From Nannocystales bacterium (GTDB lineage: Bacteria; Myxococcota_A; Polyangia; Nannocystales; Nannocystaceae), in NCBI GenBank assembly GCA_050633305.1, contig JBOEGF010000016.1, positions 134,059 through 184,088 on the forward strand: 50,030 nt of DNA, given 5' to 3'. A program made the position numbers and the translations under genes. Below are positions 10,313-18,773 of this stretch, piece by piece (the stretch's first letter is position 1; the number at the start of each line of letters is the position of its first letter). The notes below the pieces were generated by a model. That model made no database searches. It was not told the origin of the DNA and worked only from the letters and a program-made list of their open reading frames with translations.

Positions 10313-11176
10313 ATGGCGTCCCGACCCCAGCAGGTGTGGCATGTCTGCCGATTCGAGGTAGCCCGACGGCTACGCTCTGTGTCGGGAATCGTCGCGCTGG
10401 TATCCCTCATCATCGCCTCGGCGGTCGTCGGTCGACAGCTCGCCGAGGCGGGTCGTGCATTGGAGAAAGCCTCGACGGGGGAGCAAGCCGACGCGTTTCG
10501 AATGATGACGCAGATGGTGGCCTCGATGGCCGACTTCCCGCTGGACATGGTCCGCTCCACCTTGGAGATGCACTCTCCACCGCTCGTTGGGGCGTTTGCT
10601 TTCTTGATGTTGGTGATGCCGTTGCTCGCCCTGACGATGGGCTACGACCAATGCGCCGGCGACATCGAGACACGACACGCTCGGTATCTGGCGTTTCGTA
10701 TCGACCGCACGACGCTCTACCTGGGAAAGCTGCTGGGAGCTTGGGCACTCATTTCCCTGACGGTCGCGGTCGCGGCGGTTTCGATGGCGGGCTACATCCA
10801 AGTCCGTGCCGGCTCGATTCCCGGCGTTGCCGAGTTCCTCTACATCGGGCGAACCATCGTCACTGTCTCGGTCGCGGCGTTTCCTCTGTTGGCGCTTCTC
10901 GGCCTGCTCGGAACGCTGCGGGGTCGTGCTCGGCGGGTCGTCTTGCTCGCGCTGCTTCTCTGGCTCGCGATCGGTCTGGCTTCTGCAGCCGCACGCCATT
11001 GGATGGAGGTCGAGTTTCTCGCCCAGAGCATCGAGGTGTTGTGGCCGACCAATGGGCGATGGAACCTCATCCTCGATGACTGGGCCTCGTGGGCAAAGAG
11101 TGCCGCGCAGGTGTTGGTCTACTCAGCGGTCGCTGTCGCGCTGGGGCTGGCACATTTCCGAAGGCGAGACCTGTGA
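10313..11176 (+). CDS. ABC-2 type transporter permease
   Basis: About 6 hydrophobic segments, GYD..AGD.E and LYLGK motifs, C-terminal FRRRDL. Overlaps the ATPase start. Confidence 0.85.
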   Translation: MASRPQQVWHVCRFEVARRLRSVSGIVALVSLIIASAVVGRQLAEAGRALEKASTGEQADAFRMMTQMVASMADFPLDMVRSTLEMHSPPLVGAFAFLMLVMPLLALTMGYDQCAGDIETRHARYLAFRIDRTTLYLGKLLGAWALISLTVAVAAVSMAGYIQVRAGSIPGVAEFLYIGRTIVTVSVAAFPLLALLGLLGTLRGRARRVVLLALLLWLAIGLASAAARHWMEVEFLAQSIEVLWPTNGRWNLILDDWASWAKSAAQVLVYSAVAVALGLAHFRRRDL

Positions 11177-12117
11177 GCGCTGCAATCGAGATTCTCAAGC
11201 TGGAGAAGAGCTACGGCTCCAACAGGGCGTTGGCGGGCGTGGACCTCAGCGTTCCCAACGGAGGCGTGTTCGGTGTCGTGGGTCCCAACGGCGCCGGGAA
11301 GACCACGCTGTTCTCGGTCATCTCGGGGTTCCTGCGGCAGGACTCTGGATCGGTCACCATCTTGGGGACACCGCTCGAGCCGGGCTTTCCTCCTCCGCCG
11401 GGGTCGATCGGAGTGCTGCCGCAGGACGCCAGCTTCATCGGAGAGCTCTCCTTGGGCTGGCAGATGGCACACTTCTGCCGCCTCCAGGGCCTCTCGGTCG
11501 CACAGGCCAAGGCCGAGGTCGAACGAACGCTGACGCTCGTTGGTTTGCCGGAGGTCGCGCGCAAGCGAGCCAAGGCGTTGTCGCACGGGATGCTCAAGAG
11601 GGTGGGGATCGCTCAGGCACTGCTCGGCAACCCGGCGGTGGTGATCCTCGACGAGCCCACCGCGGGGCTCGACCCTCATGCGGCACGCGGGATTCATGGA
11701 CTCATCCGCTCGATCGGCCCCTCACAAACGGTCGTGGTCTCGAGCCATAACCTCGCCGAAATTGAAAGCCTCTGTGCTGAGGTCGCGATCTTGGATCGGG
11801 GAACGCTCGTCCGGCAGGACCATGTCGGGCGAGTTGTCGGCAGTGCGGCGGTGCTGATGATTCGATTGTCGACCGCGCCCTCGGCCGACCAGATCGAGCA
11901 GCTGTGCACCCTGCCGGCGATCACCGCAGCGAAGTGGCTTCCAACGCTGGGCAGGTTGCAGCTGGACTTCGACGCCGAGCTGACCAGCCCTGGCTACGCG
12001 GCCAGTGACGTCGCCCGGAAGCTCACCGACCTCGACCTCCCGTTCGTCGAGATCCAGGTCGGCAAGAGCCTCGAAGACCGGTTCGTCGAGGAGACGGGCC
12101 TCGGGATGCCCTCGTAG
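11173..12117 (+). CDS. ABC transporter ATP-binding protein
   Basis: Walker A GPNGAGKTT, signature LSHGMLKR, Walker B VILDEP, SSH. GTG start overlaps the upstream TGA. Confidence 0.93.
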   Translation: MSAAIEILKLEKSYGSNRALAGVDLSVPNGGVFGVVGPNGAGKTTLFSVISGFLRQDSGSVTILGTPLEPGFPPPPGSIGVLPQDASFIGELSLGWQMAHFCRLQGLSVAQAKAEVERTLTLVGLPEVARKRAKALSHGMLKRVGIAQALLGNPAVVILDEPTAGLDPHAARGIHGLIRSIGPSQTVVVSSHNLAEIESLCAEVAILDRGTLVRQDHVGRVVGSAAVLMIRLSTAPSADQIEQLCTLPAITAAKWLPTLGRLQLDFDAELTSPGYAASDVARKLTDLDLPFVEIQVGKSLEDRFVEETGLGMPS

Positions 12118-12139
12118 GGCGGACTGTACTTCTCGGCGT

Positions 12140-12178
12140 CTGCACAGAATCTGCACATCTTCGCCTCACGACCCGCAC
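12140..12178 (+). promoter_or_regulatory. Tandem direct-repeat operator (OmpR/PhoB-type)
   Basis: CTGCACA at 12140 and 12151 (11-bp period), plus CGCAC at 12174 in phase. Lies upstream of an operon encoding an OmpR-family regulator. Confidence 0.6.
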
Positions 12179-12222
12179 GAGTTCGGCAGGGACTGGCGCG
12201 GTCGCGTTGCTAGTTCGGGTGC

Positions 12223-12816
12223 ATGAGCCAAACCATCGTGTCGAGCCATCTCGCGGCGCCGCCAGGCAGTGTTCCGCCGCCGCTTCCTCGGACGCCGAGC
12301 CTTCCAGGCCCGATCGGGACGCCGATCTTCGCCCCGTCTGTCTCGGCTGTCCTTGCCGCCATCGGTGGCCTCGGTGTGTTCGGACTGAGTGCAGCTGTGG
12401 GCGCGCCCAGCCCTCTGATGACTGCTGGGATCTCGACGATCCCCATTGCAGGTCTGGTGGGGGCGATGGTGCTGACCGGTCCTGCTTTGGTTGCCGGCCA
12501 TCTGTTCTTGCGGCCCAATGTCGAGACCGAGACGCCGGTCGCGGCCCTCGGCCAAGGGTTGACAGCGGCCGGGAGCGTCGCCATGGGCATCGCACCGGTG
12601 GCGCTCTTTCTGGTCGCCACAACCGGGCTGTGGCTCCTGGTCCTGTTGGCAGGATTCGCAGTGGTCGGGCTGTCGTGCGCCACGGTGACCTTGCAGATGT
12701 TGCGACGGGCCACGGGAGACAGCCCAGGCTTTGTCTTGGGGTGGGCAGCGCTGGCGGCTCTCGTCGCCTTGCGAGTCGCATTCGCGGTTGGGAAGACCGC
12801 GTTGGAGGTGCTCTGA
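12223..12816 (+). CDS. Hypothetical multi-pass membrane protein
   Basis: Pro-rich N-terminus then about 5 hydrophobic helices. TGATG overlap with the next gene. Confidence 0.7.
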   Translation: MSQTIVSSHLAAPPGSVPPPLPRTPSLPGPIGTPIFAPSVSAVLAAIGGLGVFGLSAAVGAPSPLMTAGISTIPIAGLVGAMVLTGPALVAGHLFLRPNVETETPVAALGQGLTAAGSVAMGIAPVALFLVATTGLWLLVLLAGFAVVGLSCATVTLQMLRRATGDSPGFVLGWAALAALVALRVAFAVGKTALEVL

Positions 12817-13550
12817 TGGATCGGAAAACCTCGTTGTTGGAGACATGCGCGGCTCTGATTCGTGACCCGGTCGGGTTGGGAAGGGACGAACCTCTTCGCG
12901 CCTTGCACGATCACGGCCCCGTCCTGCTCGCAATCACCGTGGCCTCCGCGGCGGTTTTTGGAGGCGTCGTTGGGACCTATCGCGGCGGTGTTCAGCTCCT
13001 CTACGCCGCGCTCAAGCTCCCCCTGTTGTGGGTGGTCCCCGTGTTGGTCACCCTACCCGCGGTTCGGGCCCTCTACCGGGTGTGCGGAGTCGTGGTGAGC
13101 TACGCGCAGGCTTCGCTCGCAGTGCTCATTGGCTGCGCCCGTTCGGCGCTCCTGCTCGCGGTGGCGAGTCCTGCACTGTGGCTGATGTTCTCGGTCGAGG
13201 TCGACTACCACTGGGCCGTCTTGGTGCTCTGTGGCTCCCTCTTAGGCTCGGGGGTTGTCGGCCTCGCGACGCTCGCCCGGGTTCTGCCGGGGTCGGGTCC
13301 TGGCAAGATGGTGGGCAGCGCACTCGCAGCACTGGCGGTCGGGGTGGTCGTCGCCCAGAGTGGATGGATTCTTCGGCCGTTCGTCGCCCGACCGCGCGCG
13401 GACGTGGCATTCCTGCGGCCGATCGAATCCGACGTCTTTTCGAGCACGCTGGCATCGTGGAGATCAGCCCGTGGGAATTACGAGGGCTGGGATGCCCGCC
13501 CCGAAGGTCTGCTCGCGGAGCCGCCGGAGCCCTCGGAGGCGAGGCCATGA
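12816..13550 (+). CDS. Hypothetical multi-pass membrane protein (Yip1-like topology)
   Basis: About 5 TM helices, AALKLPLL and Q.GW.LRPF motifs. Start overlaps the upstream stop. Confidence 0.75.
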   Translation: MDRKTSLLETCAALIRDPVGLGRDEPLRALHDHGPVLLAITVASAAVFGGVVGTYRGGVQLLYAALKLPLLWVVPVLVTLPAVRALYRVCGVVVSYAQASLAVLIGCARSALLLAVASPALWLMFSVEVDYHWAVLVLCGSLLGSGVVGLATLARVLPGSGPGKMVGSALAALAVGVVVAQSGWILRPFVARPRADVAFLRPIESDVFSSTLASWRSARGNYEGWDARPEGLLAEPPEPSEARP

Positions 13551-14131
13551 GCGACGCCATCCAGCTCCCGGTGCTGTGGATCGCAATCGGTGCCACGTAT
13601 CTCGCCGTGGGCGTGATGACGGCCTGGCTGCTCGGGCGCCGAGGGGTGAGGAGTGCAGTCGCGGTCTCGGCGTTGGGGTGCTGGCCGCTGCTGTTGCCGC
13701 TGCTGTCGTCCGCGCCAGAGCTGCCGTCGGCGGGCCCACTGTCCGAGCGGATCGGCCGCTGTGCGGAAGACCTTCGTGCCACGATGTCCGATCCGAGGGC
13801 GGAGCACGTGGTCGTCGTCGAGGACCTGGACGAGCTGGTGGCTGACCTCCGTCGCGCCGACCAGCGGGTGGGCATGGTCGACGCCTTGGTTGCGGACGTT
13901 CGCGCTTCATCGGGAGATGCGCCCGGCCTGAGCGCGCTGCTTTCCGCTCGCGCTCGTGCTGCAGCAGAGGTCGAAGCGGTGTTGGAGGGGATGGTCGAGC
14001 TGCGCCTATCGATCGGGCTTCGGTCCCTGGCTGGGAATACTGTACCGGTGCAGGAGCGTCTCGGTGATCTCCGGGCCCGACTCGGAGCCTTGGATGAGAT
14101 CGCAGCCTTCGATCTGGAGAGGAGCGTATGA
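13547..14131 (+). CDS. Membrane-anchored helical/coiled-coil protein
   Basis: Two N-terminal hydrophobic segments, then a heptad-rich helical region. ATGA overlaps at both ends. Confidence 0.7.
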   Translation: MSDAIQLPVLWIAIGATYLAVGVMTAWLLGRRGVRSAVAVSALGCWPLLLPLLSSAPELPSAGPLSERIGRCAEDLRATMSDPRAEHVVVVEDLDELVADLRRADQRVGMVDALVADVRASSGDAPGLSALLSARARAAAEVEAVLEGMVELRLSIGLRSLAGNTVPVQERLGDLRARLGALDEIAAFDLERSV

Positions 14132-14820
14132 AACCCAGTCACCGGATTCTGGTCGTCGACGATGACGCTCCGTTGCGCGAAGTTGTTCGCTACGCGTTGG
14201 CCCGCGACGACTTCACGGTGATGGAGGCCGCCGACGGCGAGCAAGCGCTGCGTGTCTTCGCGCAGCATCGCCCGGACCTGGTCGTTCTCGACGTCAATCT
14301 TCCGCGCTTGGATGGACTTAGCGTGTGCCGGGAGCTGCGCGCAAGCTCGGGTGTACCGATCCTGTTCCTGTCGTGCCGTGGAGATGAGGTGGATCGGGTG
14401 CTTGGGCTGGACCTCGGTGGCGACGACTACGTCACAAAGCCGTTCAGTCCACGCGAGTTGGTCAGTCGGGTCAAAGCCATCCTGAGGCGGGGAGAGTCGG
14501 TCGTCCCTGGCGAAGCTGACCTCCAGGTGGGGATGCTTCGAGTCGCGATCGCGTCGCATCAGGTCTTCGTTGCAGGGGTCGAAGTCCGGCTGACCGCGAC
14601 CGAGTTTCGGATCCTCAGCGGAGTCGTCCGGGCTCAGGCCCGCGTCCTGGACCGAAGCCAACTCGCGCGGGATGCCTATCCCGATGGTCGCTCGGTCAGC
14701 GAGCGAACCTTGGACTCCCACGTACGACGCATCCGGGCCAAGCTGCGACCCCACGGATTGGACCCGATCGAGACCGTGCACGGCGTGGGATTTCGTCTGC
14801 GCTCGCCGATGGAGGTGTGA
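14128..14820 (+). CDS. OmpR-family response regulator (CreB-like)
   Basis: ILVVDDD, phospho-Asp in VLDV, GGDDYVTKPF, winged-helix ERTLDSHVRRIRAKL...IETVHGVGF. Confidence 0.93.
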   Translation: MKPSHRILVVDDDAPLREVVRYALARDDFTVMEAADGEQALRVFAQHRPDLVVLDVNLPRLDGLSVCRELRASSGVPILFLSCRGDEVDRVLGLDLGGDDYVTKPFSPRELVSRVKAILRRGESVVPGEADLQVGMLRVAIASHQVFVAGVEVRLTATEFRILSGVVRAQARVLDRSQLARDAYPDGRSVSERTLDSHVRRIRAKLRPHGLDPIETVHGVGFRLRSPMEV

Positions 14821-16289
14821 TGAGACGTCGCCCTCGGTGGTCGCTGGCGGTGTGGTTGCTGGTGTCGCACATGGTCGTGGGGGTTGCTGCCGTCGTCGCG
14901 TTGTTGCTGACCGGTGTGCTCACGGAGGACTTGCGCGTCCAAACGTCGGAGGCTCTCGAGGGCCAGGCCCAAACGTGGGCGGTGATCCTCGCGGCGGAGG
15001 CTGAAGACACGGAGGCGTCGCTCGCAGAGGTCGCGCGGCGTGCCGAGCCGCAGTTTGCTGCGATGCGAGACCGGGTTTTGATCGGACTACAGGTTGTCGA
15101 CGCCGACGCCAACATCGTCGCAAGCTCGGTCACACCCAGCGATCGTTCGCTCGGCAAGGCGCCCGAAGTGCGGGTGGCACTTGCGGGCGCGATCGGTCGT
15201 CACGCGCGACCTCGGGACCCGGCCTGGTTGGGGCGGTCCGCCGCGTTGGACGGACCGAGTCGCTTCGGGGATGTTCGGCTCTTTGTGGCCGCCCCGGTCG
15301 TTGTCGAAGAAGAGATTGTTGGGGCCGTCGTGGTCAGCCGCACCCCTCGCGCTCCGGTGCAGGCGATGGTGCAGGTGGGCTCTCCCTTGCTGTGGCGGGT
15401 GCTTGCGATCGTGGTCATCGCCGTGGTCATCGCGCTGACGGGCGGGTACTTCGGAAGTCGGTCGTTTCGACGGTTGGTGTCGGCTGCCCAAACGATCGCC
15501 TCAGGCTCGGACGAGCCGGGCGAGTTGGAGTCCGTCCGCGGTTCCAGGGTGGAAGAGGTCAGCGCACTGGCGGCTGCGGTCGAGACGATGGGCGCGCGGC
15601 TCCGTCGACGAATGGACGGGGCCGAGGCCTTTGCGGGCAACGCCGCACACGAGTTTCGTACCCCGATCGCGACCCTTCGAGGCACGCTCGAGTTGTTGCG
15701 CGACGATCCCTCGATGGCCTCGGCGCAGCGGGAGAGGTTTCTCGATACTGGGATCTCCGAGTTGCACCGACTGGACAACCTTGTCGGCGGACTGCTCGAC
15801 CTGGGTCGCGCCCAGAGGCTGGCAAAGAGCGACAACGTCGACTTGGATGCGCTGCTCCACCGGTTCGCGGAGTCCCATGGTGCCCGGGTGTCGGGGCGGG
15901 CGGGCTTCGTGGCGGGGAGTGAAGCCGGACTCGAGGTTGTCATCGGAAACCTACTCGACAACGCCGCGCAGCACGGTGGGCCTGGAGTTCAGGTCCGGGC
16001 GGAACGTACGAGCACGCAGGCCGTGTTCGAGGTCATCGATGACGGTCAGGGCATTGCTCCGGACGTGCTCGAGCAACTCTTCGATCGCTTTTATACGACC
16101 GACCGCCAGCAGGGAGTCGGTCTTGGGCTCGCGGTTGTTCGGGGACTGGTCCGTGCCCACGCGGGGACGATCGATGCGCAGAGCCAGCCAGGCGCGACTC
16201 GGTTCGTGGTGCGCCTTCCGTTGCCAACCGTGGCACCGCATCGCTGTGGCGGAGACCCTCATGTCGCGCCACACGCAAAACGAACATAG
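14817..16289 (+). CDS. Sensor histidine kinase (CreC/ChvG-like; TM-HAMP-HisKA-HATPase)
   Basis: Two TM helices, H-box AHEFRTP, N-box NLLDNA, DDGQGI, FDRFYT, GLGLA. Confidence 0.92.
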   Translation: MMRRRPRWSLAVWLLVSHMVVGVAAVVALLLTGVLTEDLRVQTSEALEGQAQTWAVILAAEAEDTEASLAEVARRAEPQFAAMRDRVLIGLQVVDADANIVASSVTPSDRSLGKAPEVRVALAGAIGRHARPRDPAWLGRSAALDGPSRFGDVRLFVAAPVVVEEEIVGAVVVSRTPRAPVQAMVQVGSPLLWRVLAIVVIAVVIALTGGYFGSRSFRRLVSAAQTIASGSDEPGELESVRGSRVEEVSALAAAVETMGARLRRRMDGAEAFAGNAAHEFRTPIATLRGTLELLRDDPSMASAQRERFLDTGISELHRLDNLVGGLLDLGRAQRLAKSDNVDLDALLHRFAESHGARVSGRAGFVAGSEAGLEVVIGNLLDNAAQHGGPGVQVRAERTSTQAVFEVIDDGQGIAPDVLEQLFDRFYTTDRQQGVGLGLAVVRGLVRAHAGTIDAQSQPGATRFVVRLPLPTVAPHRCGGDPHVAPHAKRT

Positions 16290-16325
16290 CTGTCTTGAAT
16301 GTTAGCTTTCTGCTACTGTGCTTGA

Positions 16326-17261
16326 GTGTTGGGCTCAAGAACCCGTTGGCTGCCGGTCCTGTACGTAGCGCTTTCCGCGCATGGATGCGGTTCTCCCGGG
16401 AATCCAGCGGCCTCGGATCCCAGCAGTACGTCCGAGGCCGAGACGACGGCGCCGGGCTCCACGGGGGCTCCGACACCGACAACAGCGGACCCGAGCGCGA
16501 GCTCGGCAGGGATCAGCTCTTCGACCGGCGGGGAGACCCCGGGCACCGAATCGGGGGACGGGTGCGATTTTCTCGGATGCGGCCCCGACGTTCCGTCGAC
16601 TCCCGAGTGCAACACTTGGGATGACGACTGCCCAAGCGGAGAGAAGTGCACCTTCTGGGCGAACGATGGCGGCAACAGCAGGAACGCGACACGCTGTGTT
16701 CCACTTGCCCCCGACCCGGCTGGACCCGGAGAACCATGTACATCCGAGGGCTCCGGCGTCTCCGGTCTCGACGATTGTGACGTCGGATCGATGTGTTGGA
16801 ATGTCGACGCCGAAACGCTGCAAGGCGAGTGCATCCCGTTCTGTGAAGGCCAGGAGTCTGCGCCGACCTGTGACGATCCCCAGCGAACTTGCAGTATCGG
16901 CGGCGGCCCACTCGCCTTGTGCGTTCCTCTCTGCCATCCGCTCGATCCGGAGCCCTGCAGTCCCGGCGAGGGGTGCTACCCGTACTCGAATTCCACGGTC
17001 TGCGCACCGGATGCCTCGGGACCGAAAACCGGTGACGCATTCGACGAGTGCGAGTTCCTCAATGCTTGTAGTGCGGGGTTGATCTGCGTCGCCGCGGATG
17101 AGGTCGGGTCGTGCGAGTCCGGCAGTGCGCGTTGTTGCACGCCGTGGTGCGAGCTTGGGGGGACCGATTGCCCCGATCCAACCACGTGCATACCCGCGTA
17201 CCCCGAAGGGAGTGTTCCGGTGGGCCAAGAGACCGTGGGCTTCTGCGGACAAGCAGGCTGA
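16326..17261 (+). CDS. Cys-rich lipoprotein (Nannocystaceae-type)
   Basis: Lipobox AHG-C, S/T stalk, many Cys (CP.GEKC, DDCD.G.MCW, CEFLNAC..GL.C, CCTPWC). Confidence 0.8.
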   Translation: MLGSRTRWLPVLYVALSAHGCGSPGNPAASDPSSTSEAETTAPGSTGAPTPTTADPSASSAGISSSTGGETPGTESGDGCDFLGCGPDVPSTPECNTWDDDCPSGEKCTFWANDGGNSRNATRCVPLAPDPAGPGEPCTSEGSGVSGLDDCDVGSMCWNVDAETLQGECIPFCEGQESAPTCDDPQRTCSIGGGPLALCVPLCHPLDPEPCSPGEGCYPYSNSTVCAPDASGPKTGDAFDECEFLNACSAGLICVAADEVGSCESGSARCCTPWCELGGTDCPDPTTCIPAYPEGSVPVGQETVGFCGQAG

Positions 17262-17350
17262 GGGGACCTGGGCTTCACGACTGCAGCCCGGGGCCCGGGC
17301 TCATCGAACGTCTCGCGCAGGCTGCCGTCTCACAGCACCGCGCGGGTGGC

Positions 17351-18580
17351 TCAGAAGCGGTAGATCGCCCCGAGTTCGGCCCCACCGAGGGTTCGGGTTG
17401 CGCTCACGGCGGACTGGTCCTCGGGGAGAAGGCTGTGGGTCGTGAAGTACGTGAACGGTTCAACGAACAGGCCGAGACCATCCACCGGTCGGAACTCGTA
17501 GCCGAGCCGGAGATGCGCGTTGCGGACGATACCGACGCCGGTTCGGGTGACGGCGCCGGTGTCTTCGTCTCGGCTGTAGCCAGGGGCGACATCGCCGGTG
17601 TTGAGCACCGTCGCGGCGCCGGCCGTGAAGGCCAACACATGTTTCGGGTACTGCAGCTTGACTGCCCCCCATCCACCGGCCTCGAGCATGTCCTGGTCGT
17701 CACGTCCGTACGAGAGCGTGAGCGAGCCGATGTTCCCCAGGTTCTGCCCTGCGTAGGCTTCACCGCGAATGTTGAACACCTTCTTCACATTCACATCGAG
17801 GAAGGCGAGTCCTGATGCGGTGTCGCGGCGCCCGGTCTCGTAGTCCAGGCTGGTGTAGATGCCCGACACTCCGAGCTTGCTACCCTCTCCGAACTTCAGC
17901 GCGAGTCGGCTGGCGAACGTCGGAACGATGTTGGCCTCCAGCGCGCCGACCGAGGCCGAGTTGTTGTGCAGACCGGGCAACCCGACTGCAAACCCGATCT
18001 CGAAGCGCTTCGGGTTGTACAGGTACTGGATCTGGTGGCGCATGAAACCCGACTGCCCCGCGTAGTAGTGATTGCCGACCCAGTTGTTGTGATAGGTCTG
18101 CACCGCACTGTAGAGGTCCCAGGTGAGCCCGAACGTGAGCTTGTGTTGTTCGGCGGGCTTCCAGTCCACTGCTCCGATTCGCAGCCGAGGACGCAGCGCC
18201 ACCGCACCGGTGGCCTTGGTGAAGTCGACAAAGTCCAGCTCCACCGTGCCCGATGCCGCTCCGGCCTCGTTGATCTTGAGGCCAAACCGGGTCTGCGCGA
18301 CCTGAAACGACGACGCCGGGTCAGCGTCAGGGTTGCGGAACACCGGATGAGCCGCAGCCGTGATCGCGGTGTGGTTTTGTTGCCCGTAGCTCTCTGCACC
18401 CCCACCGGTCCCCGCAACGTTCGCGCGGATTCGTCCGTAGAAGCGGACTCGCTCCCAGTGTGGCGTTTCTTTGGCCTCCGGCTCGGGCGCTGCCTTCTCT
18501 GTGGGGCTAGCGTTGTTGCCAGTGGGCTCCGAGGAAGGGGCGGCAAACAAGAGGACGGAGGAAATGACTGTGACGAACAT
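17351..18580 (-). CDS. Outer-membrane porin (DcaP-like beta-barrel)
   Basis: Signal peptide, FYG.I first strand, QTRFG, VELDF, RLR motifs, C-terminal beta-signal AIYRF. Confidence 0.75.
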   Translation of the reverse strand: MFVTVISSVLLFAAPSSEPTGNNASPTEKAAPEPEAKETPHWERVRFYGRIRANVAGTGGGAESYGQQNHTAITAAAHPVFRNPDADPASSFQVAQTRFGLKINEAGAASGTVELDFVDFTKATGAVALRPRLRIGAVDWKPAEQHKLTFGLTWDLYSAVQTYHNNWVGNHYYAGQSGFMRHQIQYLYNPKRFEIGFAVGLPGLHNNSASVGALEANIVPTFASRLALKFGEGSKLGVSGIYTSLDYETGRRDTASGLAFLDVNVKKVFNIRGEAYAGQNLGNIGSLTLSYGRDDQDMLEAGGWGAVKLQYPKHVLAFTAGAATVLNTGDVAPGYSRDEDTGAVTRTGVGIVRNAHLRLGYEFRPVDGLGLFVEPFTYFTTHSLLPEDQSAVSATRTLGGAELGAIYRF

Positions 18581-18713
18581 AGGGTCTCTACGAGCCTCGG
18601 GCTCTTCGAGAACATCGTCGTCAGGTCGTTAGGTTGAAGCGGTTCCTGCCACGAATACCGAATCGGGACGAAACTTTTCGTGCCCGATTGCTTGCCGCTC
18701 ACGGAACGACAAA

Positions 18714-18747
18714 GGAGCGGTGCATGGACTTTGCCATGCACCGCTCC
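18714..18747 (-). terminator. Putative intrinsic terminator after the CheA-like kinase
   Basis: Perfect 14-bp stem GGAGCGGTGCATGG/CCATGCACCGCTCC followed by TTTGTCGTT on the minus strand, 27 bp after the stop. Confidence 0.6.
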
Positions 18748-18773
18748 CATCGACCGCCTCCAGTTCGGAACGA

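Noticed and set aside
12194..12211. sigma54 promoter TGGCGCG...TTGCT
   Set aside because: GG-to-GC spacing is 12 rather than the required 10.
13126..14781. Long antisense ORFs (also 19020-20696, 22743-24197, 28582-29880, 41949-42917)
   Set aside because: Shadow frames of well-supported genes, expected at high GC3. They are Arg/Pro-rich with no motifs.
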